The position numbers were made by a program, and so were the translations under genes. From NCBI GenBank assembly GCA_002269645.1, contig NIVC01004927.1, positions 1-31,182 on the forward strand: a DNA stretch of 31,182 nt, read 5' to 3'. Of this stretch, positions 1-31,182 are shown piece by piece. The notes under the pieces were generated by a model. It worked only from the letters and a program-made list of their open reading frames with translations. It made no database searches and was not told the origin of the DNA. The stretch's first letter is position 1, and every line of letters starts with the position of its first letter. The stretch comes from Macrostomum lignano (taxonomy: Eukaryota).

Positions 1-31182
<31,182 letters not shown>

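Overview
This is eukaryotic (animal) genomic DNA. Its style resembles the flatworm Macrostomum, but that is inference only. The whole window is one minus-strand, multi-exon gene (about 50 GT-AG exons, about 10 kb coding, both ends outside the window). It encodes a giant secreted or cell-surface protein built from F5/8 type C (discoidin), F-type-lectin-like, C-type-lectin, kringle, farnesoic-acid-O-methyltransferase-like and PAN-like domains, arranged as a recurring super-repeat. The introns carry several mobile elements. The most notable is a 2.1-kb internally deleted Polinton/Maverick (5203-7298) with AGTAGT/ACTACT termini, 87-bp TIRs and a perfect 6-bp TSD, which keeps only capsid-type genes plus one orphan ORF. 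Others are a Helitron-like 3' end next to a 123-bp exon duplication, a decayed DIRS/Ngaro fragment, a hAT-type MITE with a 21-bp minisatellite, a TA-flanked foldback element, and long (AACT)n and (GACT)n arrays. About ten exons need one restored base to stay in frame, which looks like long-read indel error. All domain calls are by-eye motif matches with no database search.
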